64,000 nt of DNA, taken from positions 72,230,001 to 72,294,000 of the forward strand of contig OX597828.1 in assembly GCA_951406725.2 (NCBI GenBank). The letters run 5' to 3'. This DNA comes from Octopus vulgaris. Lineage: Eukaryota. Below the pieces are notes generated by a model. It saw only the letters and a list, made by a program, of their open reading frames with translations. It ran no database searches and was not told the origin of the DNA. Made by a program: the position numbers and the translations under genes. Shown piece after piece: positions 1 through 12,316 of the stretch; position 1 is the first letter of the stretch; the number at the start of each line of letters is the position of its first letter.

Positions 1-524
1 GTCGTCGTGGTGGGGTTACCCTGTTGGTGGTGCAGATTCTGGAATGTCTGTAAAGCAGAGAAAAGGTTTGAGTGTGAGTAATGTCAAATGATCAAAGACT
101 AAAGGTAGATGGATCGATTGATGTAGGAGGCTGTTACTTGTCCACCATGTTTAGTTCTAGTCACAGGTAGATACCAACCTGCATTCTATTACTCGTTAGA
201 AGCTCACTTTTGGCATCTCTTGTTATATTTTCTATCTAAAAGTCTGTTACTGTGGTTAATTAACGATTAATTATTAATTTAGTCAATTGGAAGAGGTAAT
301 TAGGATCATCAATAATTGTCTTTGTTTAAAATAATTTTCATGATTGAAAAAAATGCAATGTGATGGGCATGTCCCATCGAAATCCCTGGTTCTTTTCCAA
401 TTCCTATGGTTAAGGAGTGTTAAGCTTAGCGCTCAACCCTTCCGTTACTATGTCTCTGCTGAAATATATTGCCTTCGTTTTAATTCATGTTGAAAATTAA
501 TGAGAAATTTGTTAAAATAACTTT

Positions 525-868
525 ATCCAAGAAGCTCGCTTCACACCTGCATGGTTTCAGGTTCAATTTCTCTGCACAGCACCATGGGCAAGTGTCCTGG
601 GTCAACCGATGCCTTGTTTGGTAGATGGAGACTGTGTGGAAGCCCACCATGTGTGTGTGTGTGTGTATTTTTGTTTGGCCTCCACTCACTACTTGCTGAT
701 TGGTCTTGGTTTGTTTACGTCCCTGTAACTTAGCAGTTTGGCAAAAGGAAACCAATAGAATAAGCACCAGACTTTAGAACAAGTCCTGGGGTCATTTAGA
801 TTGATTAAAACCTTCATGGCGGTGCCCCAGCATGGCCGTAGTCTAATGTCTGAAATGACTAAAGATAA
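525..868 (+). mobile_element. tRNA-derived SINE (family A), degenerate
   Basis: B-box-like ggttcaatttc, ccatgggcaagtgtc, and 3' tail ggtgccccagcatggccg. Matches copies at 58310 and 60310. Confidence 0.8.
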
Positions 869-1799
869 CCGAATAGTTTGTGGAATGAAAGTTGCTTCGT
901 TAATTCTAACGAGAAGCCTCTTATTGATTTCTCTGCTGTTTTGGTAGATCTCTAAGTGTCCCTAACCATGTGGAAAAATTCCCTTACAATTTCCTTCTGT
1001 AGAGGCGTCTTTGAAATAAGAGTTTGAGGTAACGGCAGATAATAGGAACTTGTTTATTCTGCAGCATGTTTACCTCTCTACGCTTTTCACTCTGATTCCT
1101 GTTCTAAGTCTACCAACCAGCTCCGCTAACAAACACAGTAGACTACACCTTTCATTGTTTGTCTTTCTCTGTCTCTTCCCCTGCTACTCTGTCTCCCGTG
1201 TTGTACTTAGACTATTTGCATTTATTTATTTTCCTTTTGGGTTTTGTTTGTTTGTTTTTGTAAGAGTTTCCTTGTCTGTGACTTTTATTAAAAACATTTG
1301 CCTAATCTAAAATATTTATCCTTCTTTGATGAACAAACAGTGATTATTTGCTAAGCTGACTGAAGGTACATTTCAAACGAGTGAGCACATCTGACGTCTT
1401 TCCTCAGTCGTTAGTCTTATAGAATATCTCATGTTTTTCACTGGAACTAATAAACAGGACAAAAACCATTGTTTTCACACCGTAACATCAAAATTTATTA
1501 TGCTTTTCTTCCAATTTCTATTTGGACGTAAGAAAAATTTTAAAGATATTTTCTTTACTTCCTGTTTTGGTACCATTTTTCATTCCATCAAATGGATTTC
1601 CAGAGACTTGAGCAAGCTTCGGATAGAGATCTATAGGCTTGGGAACAGGGGATGCAGGGGGGTGAAAATGCACCCCTTAGAATTTGGGCAGGGGGCTTTG
1701 AAAAGGCTTTGAACATTCTCCTGCAAAACTGGGTTTTCACCCTTGAAGCAAATTTTGTTCTCATTCTTTTGTAAAGATCGGCACTAAAAAAAACACAAA

Positions 1800-2085
1800 A
1801 AAAACGCAGAATCCTGGCAGTCATCAGGGAACCAGAGCAGCTGACCATACACTGCCAAAAGGTCAAGTCGGTTCTGGTTGACAAGTTTAAATACATGAGC
1901 TCCGCTGTTGACCAAAGAGTGGACTGCAGCCTGGAAAGCAGAACTGGTCTTGGTGCAGTGAGGTCAGTTCTGAGCTTTGCAGTCACTTTGTGCAGTATGG
2001 AGAAACTGTGCCCTCCTCAGCCACAGCATCAAACTGGAACTTCTTAAAATCCTGGTCTGTGAAGTGTCGACCCTGGAACTGACTC
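1800..2085 (+). mobile_element. RTE-type LINE ORF2 remnant
   Basis: Frame reads ILAVIREPEQLTIHCQKVKSVLVDKFKYMSSAVDQRVDCSLESRTGLGAVRSVL, resembling the post-RT FKYLGS...DCSxEIRxRLGxAR region of RTE LINEs. Confidence 0.6.
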
Positions 2086-2159
2086 TTTTTCTTGTAATGC
2101 CCAGAGTACTGCCTTGCTGTTATTAAGCTCAGCTGAAACTGTGTAGATGGATATATGTA

Positions 2160-2219
<60 letters not shown>

Positions 2220-2225
<6 letters not shown>

Positions 2226-2490
2226 TTCGAGACAAAACCACTATTTTGCAAAACAAACAAGGAAAGACTTAATCAATGCATAAAAAGTTTTAATATAAAG
2301 AAATAAACCGCCACTACAATCGTTTCATGTCTTCAATGACTTTCGTCAGGTGGATTTTCGATCTCCTAATCTGTTTAATTTATGAAGCGATTGTAGTGGC
2401 GGTTTATTTCTTTATATTAAAACTTTTTATGTATTTATTAAGTCTTTCCTTGTTTGTTTTGCAAAATAGTGGTTTTGTCTCGAATTAATA
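2220..2490. repeat. Foldback element with ~108-bp inverted arms (Penelope-type pLTR derivative)
   Basis: 2220-2328 is the reverse complement of 2382-2490 with few mismatches; ~53-bp spacer. Confidence 0.92.
2311..2353 (-). ncRNA. Minimal type-I hammerhead ribozyme motif
   Basis: Minus strand: CCAC CUGACGA aaGUC-auugaa-GACau GAAAC gauu GUA^ GUGG. Stem I CCAC/GUGG, complete core, short stem III. Confidence 0.8.
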
Positions 2491-2505
2491 TTATATAATA
2501 TTTCC

Positions 2506-2709
2506 TCTGGCACCTGTGTCGGTGGCACATAAAAAGCACCCACTACACTCACGGAGTGGTTGGCGTTAGGAAGGGCATCCAGCTGTAGAAACACTGCCAG
2601 ATCAGACTGGGCCTGGTGCAGCTTTCAGGCTTCCCAGACCCCAGTTGAACCATCCAACCCATGCTAGCATGGAAAGCGGACATTAAACGATGATGATGAT
2701 GATGATGAT
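2506..2709 (+). mobile_element. SINE family C 3' part with (GAT)n tail
   Basis: ggcgttaggaagggcatccagctgtagaaac...catgctagcatggaaagcggac followed by (gat)n; many copies in the window. Confidence 0.85.
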
Positions 2710-2836
2710 TTTACTATAAAATTGGATTTAATCCTAAATCTGATTTTTTCCCTGTAAATTTGGATTTATTCCCTAATATTTATTATTATATATATATATA
2801 TATATATAATCAAAATAAGCAACAAGAATGACTCCT

Positions 2837-2884
<48 letters not shown>

Positions 2885-2959
2885 TAACATATATACACAC
2901 ACACACACACATACACGTGTGTGTGTGTGTATATATACGTATGTGTGTGTGTAACTGTA

Positions 2960-3125
2960 AAGGTGTGTGGCCTTGTAGTTAGGGTGATGCACTCACACTT
3001 GCAGGATCATGATTTCCATTCCCAGACTGGGTTGCATGTTGTGTTCTTGAGCAAAACCCTTCATTCCACATTGCCTCAGCCCACTCAGCTGTAGATGGCT
3101 CACCCCATGACAGACTGATGCCCTA
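2960..3125 (+). mobile_element. tRNA-derived SINE (family B), degenerate 5' part
   Basis: A-box-like gtggccttgtagttagg, ttcccagactggg, gttcttgagcaa; related to the 8502 and 40345 copies. Confidence 0.6.
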
Positions 3126-3647
3126 TTCAGGGGTGCTTACGGATAGCCATCTCCACCCCAGTTGCAGTGAGCAGGGATCTAGTGTGGCTGCCTCCACTGC
3201 CACAGGCTCAACCATGAAGCTGTCCGGGAGCGACCGACGCTTGACCATGCCTGTTGAGTGTCAAAGACTTTTCATTTTAGCACCAGCATTTCTTTCATTT
3301 CTCAAAGATTAACAAAACATGTTTCGATGCCTGCTTTCGCTACAAGTTCCAATAACGTCAACCCATTCCTTGTAACAGCATGCACAATGTAATTACAGGT
3401 GAAATGTCCAGCTTGGTTCTTCTGTGGGATTAATTAGTAATTTTAGTTTTACAATTAAATGAGATTCCCAATAAACAAGATAAAGTTCTGAAACCATGTT
3501 GGGTGGCTCCTACTTTCGATGCCAAAGACTTTTCTTTGGACAATTTAGATATTTAACTTGTCACTGCAAAAGGTTTTCAGCGGATAACTTTCAATTTTAC
3601 AAACATTATGATTGAAAAATATTCATAATTTCAAGAAAATCTGTTGC

Positions 3648-4303
<656 letters not shown>

Positions 4304-4984
4304 GTTGTCCATTAGCGGGATGTTTACACAGCGTTTAGTTCTCAATTACTGCTAAAACAAACGTCGATTCTACAATTTGCAAAATGCACGTTCGCTTTTT
4401 TTTTGTTTTTGGTTTGTTTGTTCTCCCCTTCCCCTCCTCCTCCTCCTCCATTTCTTTCTATATCTTTGTTGTTTGAACCTCGAATCTCCGTTGAAAGCCA
4501 TCATTCCCCCCCCCCCCCGATAGAATTTCTCTCATTGAAGAAGTTCTCCTATTTCTACCATATTGTCTTCCACACTTGATTGGAATCACACATATATATA
4601 TGTATATATATATATATGTATGTATATATATATATATATACACATATCTTTCTCTAAGACATCGCATTTATTATGGAAAGTAGTGAGTCATTCTTTCATG
4701 TGAACGCCCTCTCCCCTCCCCCCGTCTCACAGACAGAAGCCTTGACTTACTGGAATCTCGTCAGTCGCGTTTTGGTGCTTTCTTAACGACGTTTCTTGAG
4801 AGAAAAGTTCAGAGTTTAATTAGTTTGTAACGATGTTATGATTTAAAAAGAAAAAAAAAAGATTAATGAGTTTAATGAATAACTAGTGTTAACAGAATTA
4901 GATTTAAATCTTGTGCGATAGAATCTTTTTATCGGTTTTTACGCCTTTCCCTCCCCCCTCATCTTTTCCTCATTTTCAGTCTCT

Positions 4985-5375
4985 GCGGTCATGCTGGAGC
5001 ACCACTTTGAAGGGGTTTTAGTCGAAGAAATCGATCCCTGTTTTGTGTGTGTGTGTGTTTATAGCCTGGGATTTATTCTGTTGGTGTCTTTTGTCGAACA
5101 GCTAAGTTACGGGAATGTAAAAAAATCGACAAGTGGTGGTGGTGGTGGTGGGGACGATCGCACGTACACGCGCGCGCGCGCACACGCGCGCGCGCGCACA
5201 CGCGTGCACACGATGGGCTTGATTTCAGTAACCGCCTACCAAATCCACTCAGAAGGCTTTGGTCAGCCTGGGGCTATAGGAAAAGACACTTGCCCAAGGT
5301 GCTGTGCGGTGGGACTGAACCCAATACCACATGGTCGTGAAGCAAGCTCCTTAATCAAACGTCCACACCTGTGCT
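4985..5375 (-). mobile_element. tRNA-derived SINE (family A-related) with internal (CG/CA)n
   Basis: Reverse complement of the family A head (gacacttgcccaagg, gggactgaacc) and tail (gcggtcatgctggagcacc). Confidence 0.8.
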
Positions 5376-5584
5376 TATGAAATAAATAAATAAATAAATA
5401 AAATATATTTGAATTTTAAAAACTTAGGAATTGGTGTAAAGCAATCTGAGCATCTCGTTTTAAGCAGGTGTGTCATGAGAGGCATACCTGCGCAAGTGTA
5501 CCCCCCCCACCTCCATCGACTTTGTTTCCTCATAACTTTCAGAAAAATAGATAGTGCTAATGAAATTTTCTACAAATTCTTTTC

Positions 5585-6330
5585 AGGTGGTGTAGATTCG
5601 GAATTTCTTGGTGGGTAGCGTTGGTTGGTATTGCTTTTAGGGTGGCATACATTGTGCATTGTGGGTAGCTTTCTAGTTCTTTTATCCAATTTCTGCAGCT
5701 TGATCTTTGTCCGTCTCAGAAACAGAGCAGCATATCTCAATACTGACTTTAATGATGTTCCCTCCATTTAATTTCGTTTCAAGCCATTTCCTAATTCTCT
5801 TTTGGTTCTCTTTAATGACTTTCGCTCTCATTCCTCCTTCCAATATCTTATCGTCTTGCAGTACTCCTAGATATTTGTATCCCTCATTTATTCCATAGCG
5901 ATTGAATGATGTTGTCCTGTGGCAGTTTAATGCCATCAGACTTTATCTTCCATTCTCTCTTCATAATTAGTCTTGTGCACTTTTCTACCCCAAACTTCAT
6001 CTCGATATCTTTACTGAATACTCTCACCATTTGGATCAAAGAATCCAGGTCTGTCTTATTTTTTGTATACAGCTTGAGGTCATCCATATAAAGTGATTGA
6101 TTCTCATCTTGGTTTCGGTAAACTTATTGGCAGGCCTGGATTATCTCAGTATGCTTGTCAGAGGGATTAACACACTAACAGAGTAATGTAGAGAGTGAGT
6201 CTCCTTAGAAAATGCCCTTGCATGTTTTCACATTACTTACCAATTCTTTTGCACATGTCATTTCTGCTTTCCACACTCTTGTTGCTTTCTCCCAAAAAAT
6301 TGTTTATCTTTTCATTGACTCCGAGTGTCC
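5585..6330 (-). mobile_element. R4/Dong-like non-LTR retrotransposon RT remnant, frameshifted
   Basis: Minus-strand pieces GIF*GDSL, YMDDLKLYTKNKTDLDSLIQMVRVFSKDIEMKFGVEKC, EGYKYLGVLQ, KLDKRTRKL..HPKSN. The clade call is from motif recognition. Confidence 0.85.
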
Positions 6331-6499
6331 CCGTGTATAGTTTAGGTTAGTTAAAACATGTTTGCAATAATAAGTGTCGAGTGGTGGAAATAAACGCAAT
6401 TACCAAACTTTCATTCATAAATCCATTTATTATTTCATTCTTTTGCATTTCAATTTGTACATTTGTACCCAGAAATTTTCAACAACTGCACACCAGAAG

Positions 6500-7130
6500 A
6501 AATGGAAAAATGAGTAATTTTATCTCCTAAAAATTCTGACAATAAATGAAAAAAGTCCTTAATATTATATCCAAGGCACTTAAAACGTACTTAAGCACAG
6601 ATTCAGTGTCCTGAAGTTCAGAGGAAGTTCAGAACTATCCAATTGAATTCATAAACTCACTCACTCCATCCGGTTTGCCTCCTCATTGTCTCAACTTAAA
6701 AGTAGGGGCTATTGTAATGCTACCAAGAAATCTTTTGATCAGTCAAGGATTATGTAATGGAGCTCGCATGAAAGTGCAAAGACTTCATGAACATTGTGTA
6801 GAGGCATCATTGGTAACAGGCTCCAACAGAGGTCGTACAGTTCTAATTCCCAGAATTAAACTTAGCCCAAGTGATGCAGATATTCCATTCACATGAAACA
6901 GTCTTCAGTTTCCACTTCGACTTGCATATTCAATGACAATTAATAAGGCACAAGGGCAAACATTTGAAAAAGCTGGAATACATTTGCCTGAACCGGTATT
7001 TTCTCATGGCCAATTATAATGTCGCATTTTCAAGAGCACGAGCTGTGAACAATATCAAAGTAAGAGTTATGACACTCAATTGGGATAACAGACAAGGCCA
7101 AAACGTGGTGTGACACACACACGAAATATT
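6500..7130 (+). mobile_element. Helitron PIF1-like helicase remnant
   Basis: [70 protein letters not shown]; in-frame TGA at 6894 and a later frameshift. Confidence 0.92.
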
Positions 7131-7329
7131 GTCAGCCCTGAAGTACTGTGAGGAAGACCACTGCACCAGCTAGCATTACCATCACACCAGCCACTCCATC
7201 ATTACACATCCGCATTACACCTTTAAGATCAGGGAACCAGTTTGGGGCCCACTGGATCCCTCTTGACATACCAGCAAACCACAAAATTGCACCAGCCAGC
7301 ATCACCACTACCTCCAAGCCTGTCATATT

Positions 7330-7567
7330 TATGTATGTATGTATGTGTGTGTGTGTGTGTGTGTGTTTGTCCCACCACCACCATTGCTTGACAGTCGATG
7401 TTGGTGTGCTTGCGTCCCTGTAATTTAGCTGTTCAGCAGAAGGGACTGATAGAAAAAGCACCAGGCTTACAGGGAATAAGTCCAGGGGTCAATTTCTTCA
7501 ACTAAAGGGCGGTGCACCAGCATGGCCACCGTCAAGTGACTGAAACAAGTAAAAGAATAAAAGAATA
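7330..7567 (+). mobile_element. SINE family A 3' half
   Basis: cattgcttgacagtcgatgttggtgtg...ccagcatggcc...tgactgaaacaagtaaaagaataaaaga. Confidence 0.8.
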
Positions 7568-7744
7568 CCAGGAAAACGTTCCGTACCACCAAACCAAGAA
7601 GGTTCTTTGAATATGTACGATGTATTCTATGGTTAAATAGTAATTCCGTTTACGTTTGTGTAACCGAGATATTTTGCTTGGATTATATAGTCATTGGTGT
7701 TACATTACTTTCTATATTCTGTAAATGTCACAATATACTTTTCT

Positions 7745-7885
7745 AGGCTTGAAATTTTTGTGGGGAGGGGGCCCAGTTGATTAGATCGACCCCAGTACAT
7801 AACTGGTACTTAATTTATTGACCCCAAAAGTAAAGTCTATCTCAACAGAATTTGAACTCAGAACGTAAAGACAGACGGTCATAAT
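7745..7885 (-). mobile_element. SINE family D (Nin/Deu-domain-like), partial
   Basis: tcgaccccagtacataactggtacttaatttattgacccc...aatttgaactcagaacgta, as in the 61535 copy. Confidence 0.7.
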
Positions 7886-8030
7886 ATGCAAACATTTCTC
7901 ATGGAACCAGTACACTGTTTACAGATGCTTACATTTTTTATATTCTCCGTGAATTTTTCACGGGTCCAGCTAGTTGTTGTTATTACTATTATTATTATTA
8001 TTATTATCATCATCATCATCATCATCATCA

Positions 8031-8082
<52 letters not shown>

Positions 8083-8132
8083 TACTATTATTATTATTAT
8101 TAATTATGTTCTTTATTTTATTGTATTTCCAG

Positions 8133-8314
8133 GTGGATTTTTAGTGTTCCAAGCTATGCATCCTTCTCTTTGTGAGAGTAAATCCAACAAGTGTACTTCC
8201 CTGACATCTCTATCACAGCCTTGCCTGCCAATTAGCAATGTAGGACCAACACGCATTCTTCATTTTCTCTATTTAGGCTCACAGAGGGATGCTATGTCCC
8301 AAGATATAATACAG
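8133..8314 (+). CDS. DUSP16: DUSP8/DUSP16-like MAP kinase phosphatase, internal coding exon (end of rhodanese domain, start of catalytic domain)
   Basis: Acceptor ttgtatttccag, donor CAG|gtaatc. Translates (G)GFLVFQAMHPSLCESKSNKCTSLTSLSQPCLPISNVGPTRILHFLYLGSQRDAMSQDIIQ; SQPCLP..GPTRIL..LYLG is the DUSP8/16 signature. The DUSP8 vs DUSP16 label is nominal (likely co-ortholog). Confidence 0.95.
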
Positions 8315-8469
8315 GTAATCTACCAACATTTTCTCTCCTGTCTTAATGAAAAAAAATCAAAAAAAAAATTAGGAACATCGCCTGTTGATATGGAAGTTAT
8401 TAAGAGCTTGTATTATTTTCTATTTATTCCTTTTTGTATTTGTTGTGGAATAGTAACAAATGAAATAAA

Positions 8470-8500
<31 letters not shown>

Positions 8501-8501
8501 T

Positions 8502-8809
8502 ACCGTGATCACCGTGACCGACCAGGCCATCAGATGTTGTTACACATCGCTGGTCACAATGCGCTTCGCATTGTTTTAGCCTTCAAATGACGCCACCCCG
8601 CTGGCTAAGCGAGCAGGCCAACAGAAGAAAGAGTGAGAGAAAGTTGTGGTGAAAGAGTACAGCAGGGATCGCCACCACCCCCTGCCGGAGCCTCGTGGAG
8701 CTTTAGGTTTTTTCTCACAATAAACACTCACAACACCCGGTCTGGAAATCGAAACCGCGATCCTACGACCGCGAGTTCGCTGCCCTAACCACTGGGCCAT
8801 TGCACCTCC
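8502..8809 (-). mobile_element. tRNA-derived SINE (family B), young intronic copy
   Basis: Minus strand begins ggaggtgcaatggcccagtggttagggcagcgaactcgcggtcg..ggtttcgattt (A and B boxes); CpG-rich. Confidence 0.9.
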
Positions 8810-8810
8810 A

Positions 8811-8853
<43 letters not shown>

Positions 8854-9444
8854 GAATTTACAGGAAACAGGTTTGTTATTCAATGTTCCATTAAACGTGT
8901 GTGTTTCATCAAAATGCTTCATTACTTAACAGTCGTAGAAACATTTTGCAATTTTGCACTACACCTCGTCAGTGTTTTGCAATAAATACAATGACAGAGG
9001 TTGAAAGATCCAAAGATGTACACATTTCCCTAGATACAGACTACTGACAATCACACACACACATTGTCCAACCTAGTTCTCTACTTTTTTATTCTTTCAA
9101 TTGTATTCTTCCTGACTGAGAAACCATTCCTGTTTTTGGGCAATAGATTGAACCTGTTACTGGGTTAAGCGCCACTGTCAGGTTCTTGGGTAACTTTGGA
9201 GCCTAGTCTGTTGCAAGCATTTGGGTCATGTCTTTGGTTTGAGGATTCCTTCTTCCTTCCCTCTTTCCTATCTGTCTTGGTGACCCTGTAAAGAAACCAT
9301 GGGCATGAGACTTCTCTCTTGACCATGAGACTAAAAGGAAAAAAAAATAAAAACACCAACACCTGGAAAAGCTACTTTCTTACCTGAAATTTACCTTTGT
9401 ATTGAAATTTCAATTAATGTGTTTCTTTTCATCTACCTGTTCAG

Positions 9445-9592
9445 GTTAATGGCATATCTTACATTCTGAACGTGACCACAACATGTAAGCAACCCGCATT
9501 CATTCAAGAGAGTCACTTTCTTCGCATTCCAATTAACGATAATTACTTTGATAAGATGCTACCATACTTCCACGATGCATTCCAATTCCTTG
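9445..9592 (+). CDS. DUSP16: DUSP8/16-like exon, catalytic domain with general-acid Asp loop
   Basis: Acceptor ctacctgttcag, donor G|gtaag. 148 nt, phases 0/1. Translates VNGISYILNVTTTCKQPAFIQESHFLRIPINDNYFDKMLPYFHDAFQFL. Confidence 0.95.
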
Positions 9593-9890
9593 GTAAGAAA
9601 TTTTCCTCTTCACAATATTCTCCATCCCTACCTCTTCTTTCAGGCTTTTGTTGTTGTTGTTTTAACATTTATATTATCGAAGTAAAAATGTGCTTTCCTT
9701 TTTTTATCCATCCCAGAGAATCTCCCAGACTAGTCTTTACTGCGATTAAAACCGCAACCTTAACCAATTGCGGATATTTTGGTGTTTCTTCTTTTTCCGT
9801 TGCAGACAATAATTTCCAATTTATATTTGAAAAAATATTTTTGTGAAAAATTCTTCAGTTTGTTTATTCCTTTATTTTGGTTTTCTTCAG

Positions 9891-10014
9891 ACAAAGTACG
9901 AGAGGCTAATGGTTGTGTACTAATCCACTGCCTAGCTGGTATTTCTCGGTCACCGACGCTGGCAATAGCCTATGTCATGAGGCATCTAAAAATGTCTTCA
10001 GATGATGCATACAG
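9891..10014 (+). CDS. DUSP16: DUSP8/16-like exon carrying the catalytic HCX5R motif
   Basis: Acceptor ttttcttcag, donor AG|gtaag. 124 nt, phases 1/2. Translates (D)KVREANGCVLIHCLAGISRSPTLAIAYVMRHLKMSSDDAY(R). Confidence 0.97.
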
Positions 10015-10077
10015 GTAAGGACCTTTTACACACAATTCTTTGAGAAACCGATTCCATTTGGGGGGTATTTTGTTTCT

Positions 10078-10300
10078 TTAATCCTTTTAGAATTCCAGAT
10101 TCTTCTGTCAAATGTAATCCTTCTTTATTCACATTGTTTTGAATTAATCCTGCATTATCTCATAGCTTTGAGATTTCAGTGATGTGATTATTTATTTTCT
10201 AAAGGACATTGTAGGGTAGGTGTGAGAGGCTAGATCTGGTCAGTGTTAACATAGATAAAATATTTGGACCAAATATGGCTGGTTTAAATGCTTAAGTGCC
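10078..10300. mobile_element. Non-autonomous TTAA/CCCTTT-ended (piggyBac-like) element
   Basis: Reverse-complement homolog of 26684-26899 (gtagggtaggtgtgagaggc.agatctgg); another copy at ~31780-31950. Confidence 0.65.
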
Positions 10301-10641
10301 AAATTTGACCACTGGCCTGTCTAATCCTTTGGAATTCAAATTACTCTGTCAAATCTAATAATTATTTATTTACATTGATTAGAATTATTCATTATCTTTT
10401 AGCTTCAAGGTTTATGTTCCGAATATAAGATAAATACCAAAAAGGTTATTTCACTAAATTCCTCGTTATTTTCAAAATTAGCTGAAACAGTGGTAATGTG
10501 TTTCGACAATACTGTGTTAAGAAAAGTGTTGTTTACCCCAAAATTACTTCCTTTAAAGACTTTTAAAGTGTCTGAAATGAATGTTGTTAATTTTTGTTTT
10601 GCTTGTTTTTAAACCGTTTTTTTTTGTGATTCTACTTTCAG

Positions 10642-12316
10642 ATATGTTAAGGCCAAGCGTCCCACCATTTCACCAAACTTTAACTTTTTAGGACAATTAC
10701 TAGAATATGAAAAACAGTTAAGAGAAGATCAAGAGAAAGCTAAGAAGCTTGCAGAAACATCAGGAAAAACTATTGAAGTGTCTCGTGGAGGGCAGTTTGC
10801 TATGGATTTATGCAGCAGCCCCGTCTCACCAGTTCCGAAAGTGCATCGAACTTGTGGTAGCATGACCTCAGCTCTGTGTTTGCCATTGACCCGACAGTCT
10901 CAGATAACAACAACAGCAACAACAACAGCAGCTTCATCATCTGAAGTCCTTACATCTACTCTCGCTCCTACATCTGTTGACGAAGCTGATTCTATGCACA
11001 AAACAGCATCTACTAGTGGCCCCACAGTCCCCTGTTCGGAGCCTCCAAGCATATCTTGCACTAGCACCATTTCCACTACTACTACTACTACTACTAGTAC
11101 TACAACAGTTACTGCTACTTCTACCATCACCAACACCTCCATCAAAAGTTGTTCAAAGTTAACCTTATCCCCTCCTTCACGACCACAAACATTCACAAGC
11201 CTGCCTTTCAAGACAACTCTTTCTCCGACCCCTATAACATCACCCCTTATACAGAAGCTGGCACTCTCTCCTACTGCTGCTCTGGCGAAACTGAATTTCA
11301 GTCAGAATAGTGTTGAAAATATGGAAACACTGGAAACGGTAACTGTTGAAAATATTCTTCAGCTACACAAATTTCCAACTACCTCATTGGACAAACTTAG
11401 TTTTACGCCTTGCTTTGCCAAGGACGAAATAGACAATGGCAGTGGCAGCAATGTCCTTAATAAGGACAGCAATATCAGCGATAGCGGGACAACAACCCCT
11501 ATCACCACCCCCACCACCACCACCACCACCACCACTTCTCTAACTTCTCTTGCCACAACTTGCATGACAGTGCGCCCACGTAACACTGCTGTCAAGAGAC
11601 CCAAGTCCTCATCTCTCTCCTCTTCATCTTGTTCGTCGACATCTACAAGTGATGGCATTGATAGCAAATTCATTGAACCCCTTTCACCCAGTTCAACAAG
11701 CAGCAGCTCAACATCCAGCTCTGCGGTGACTTCTCCCACAACTGCTAACTCTTCAAAGGTTATACTTCGCTCAAGAGAGAATCGCGCCAAACGGCCCCTC
11801 GTTCGCCCTAACAGCATTGCATTCTCAACTTATCCGACCTTTGATTTGGGTTCTGATTGCCAGGAGTCTCCAGGGTCGAGCAGTACAACTTCACAAGATG
11901 ATACGTCCGAAGCGTATTTATTGCACAACGGCAAGAAATCGAAACCTTCAGAATCAGGAGGCCATTGGCCGTACGGTCGCTATTCTGAGAGGCACGTATA
12001 CAAACAGATTGCTGCCGCCATGGAAAGTGCCATGGTTCGAACACACGTGTTTGAAAATTCCCGAAAATCTCGTAGTCTGGATGATATCTTGACTTCTGAA
12101 GAAGATCCGGCTGTATTGGAATGTCCCTGCTCTCCGCTCGACAAACTACCTCGACGATGCGGGGCAAGCGCAGACATTTATTCTAAAGGAATCTTTGAAA
12201 ACTTAACCTGTCATATCCGCGGTTCATCCGATTCCTACCAATCAAGCAGCAGCATTTCTTCAAGTGGCAGTCACAGTTCATTACACGGAAGTTTAGAGAT
12301 CATTCAGGTATCATAG
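10642..12316 (+). CDS. DUSP16: DUSP8/16-like terminal coding exon: end of phosphatase domain plus ~530-aa Ser/Thr-rich tail
   Basis: Acceptor tctactttcag. Reads YVKAKRPTISPNFNFLGQLLEYEKQL in frame with the 512-aa ORF, ending HGSLEIIQVS-TAG, like the vertebrate DUSP8/16 C-terminus. Confidence 0.95.

Noticed and set aside
4684-4690. AP-1 site TGAGTCA in the DUSP intron
   Set aside because: Plausible for JNK feedback, but a 7-mer recurs by chance (other copies at 18355, 20329, 33298); unsupported alone.
7886-8132. Poly-Ile N-terminus of the 234-aa ORF
   Set aside because: Intronic (ATT/ATC)n upstream of the real acceptor at 8131-8132.
8730-8809. tRNA-like sequences (also 27200, 58310, 60310)
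   Set aside because: SINE heads: no closed acceptor stem, and they continue into SINE bodies.
10900-12177. Overlapping and antisense ORFs within the last DUSP exon
   Set aside because: Shadow frames of low-complexity coding sequence.
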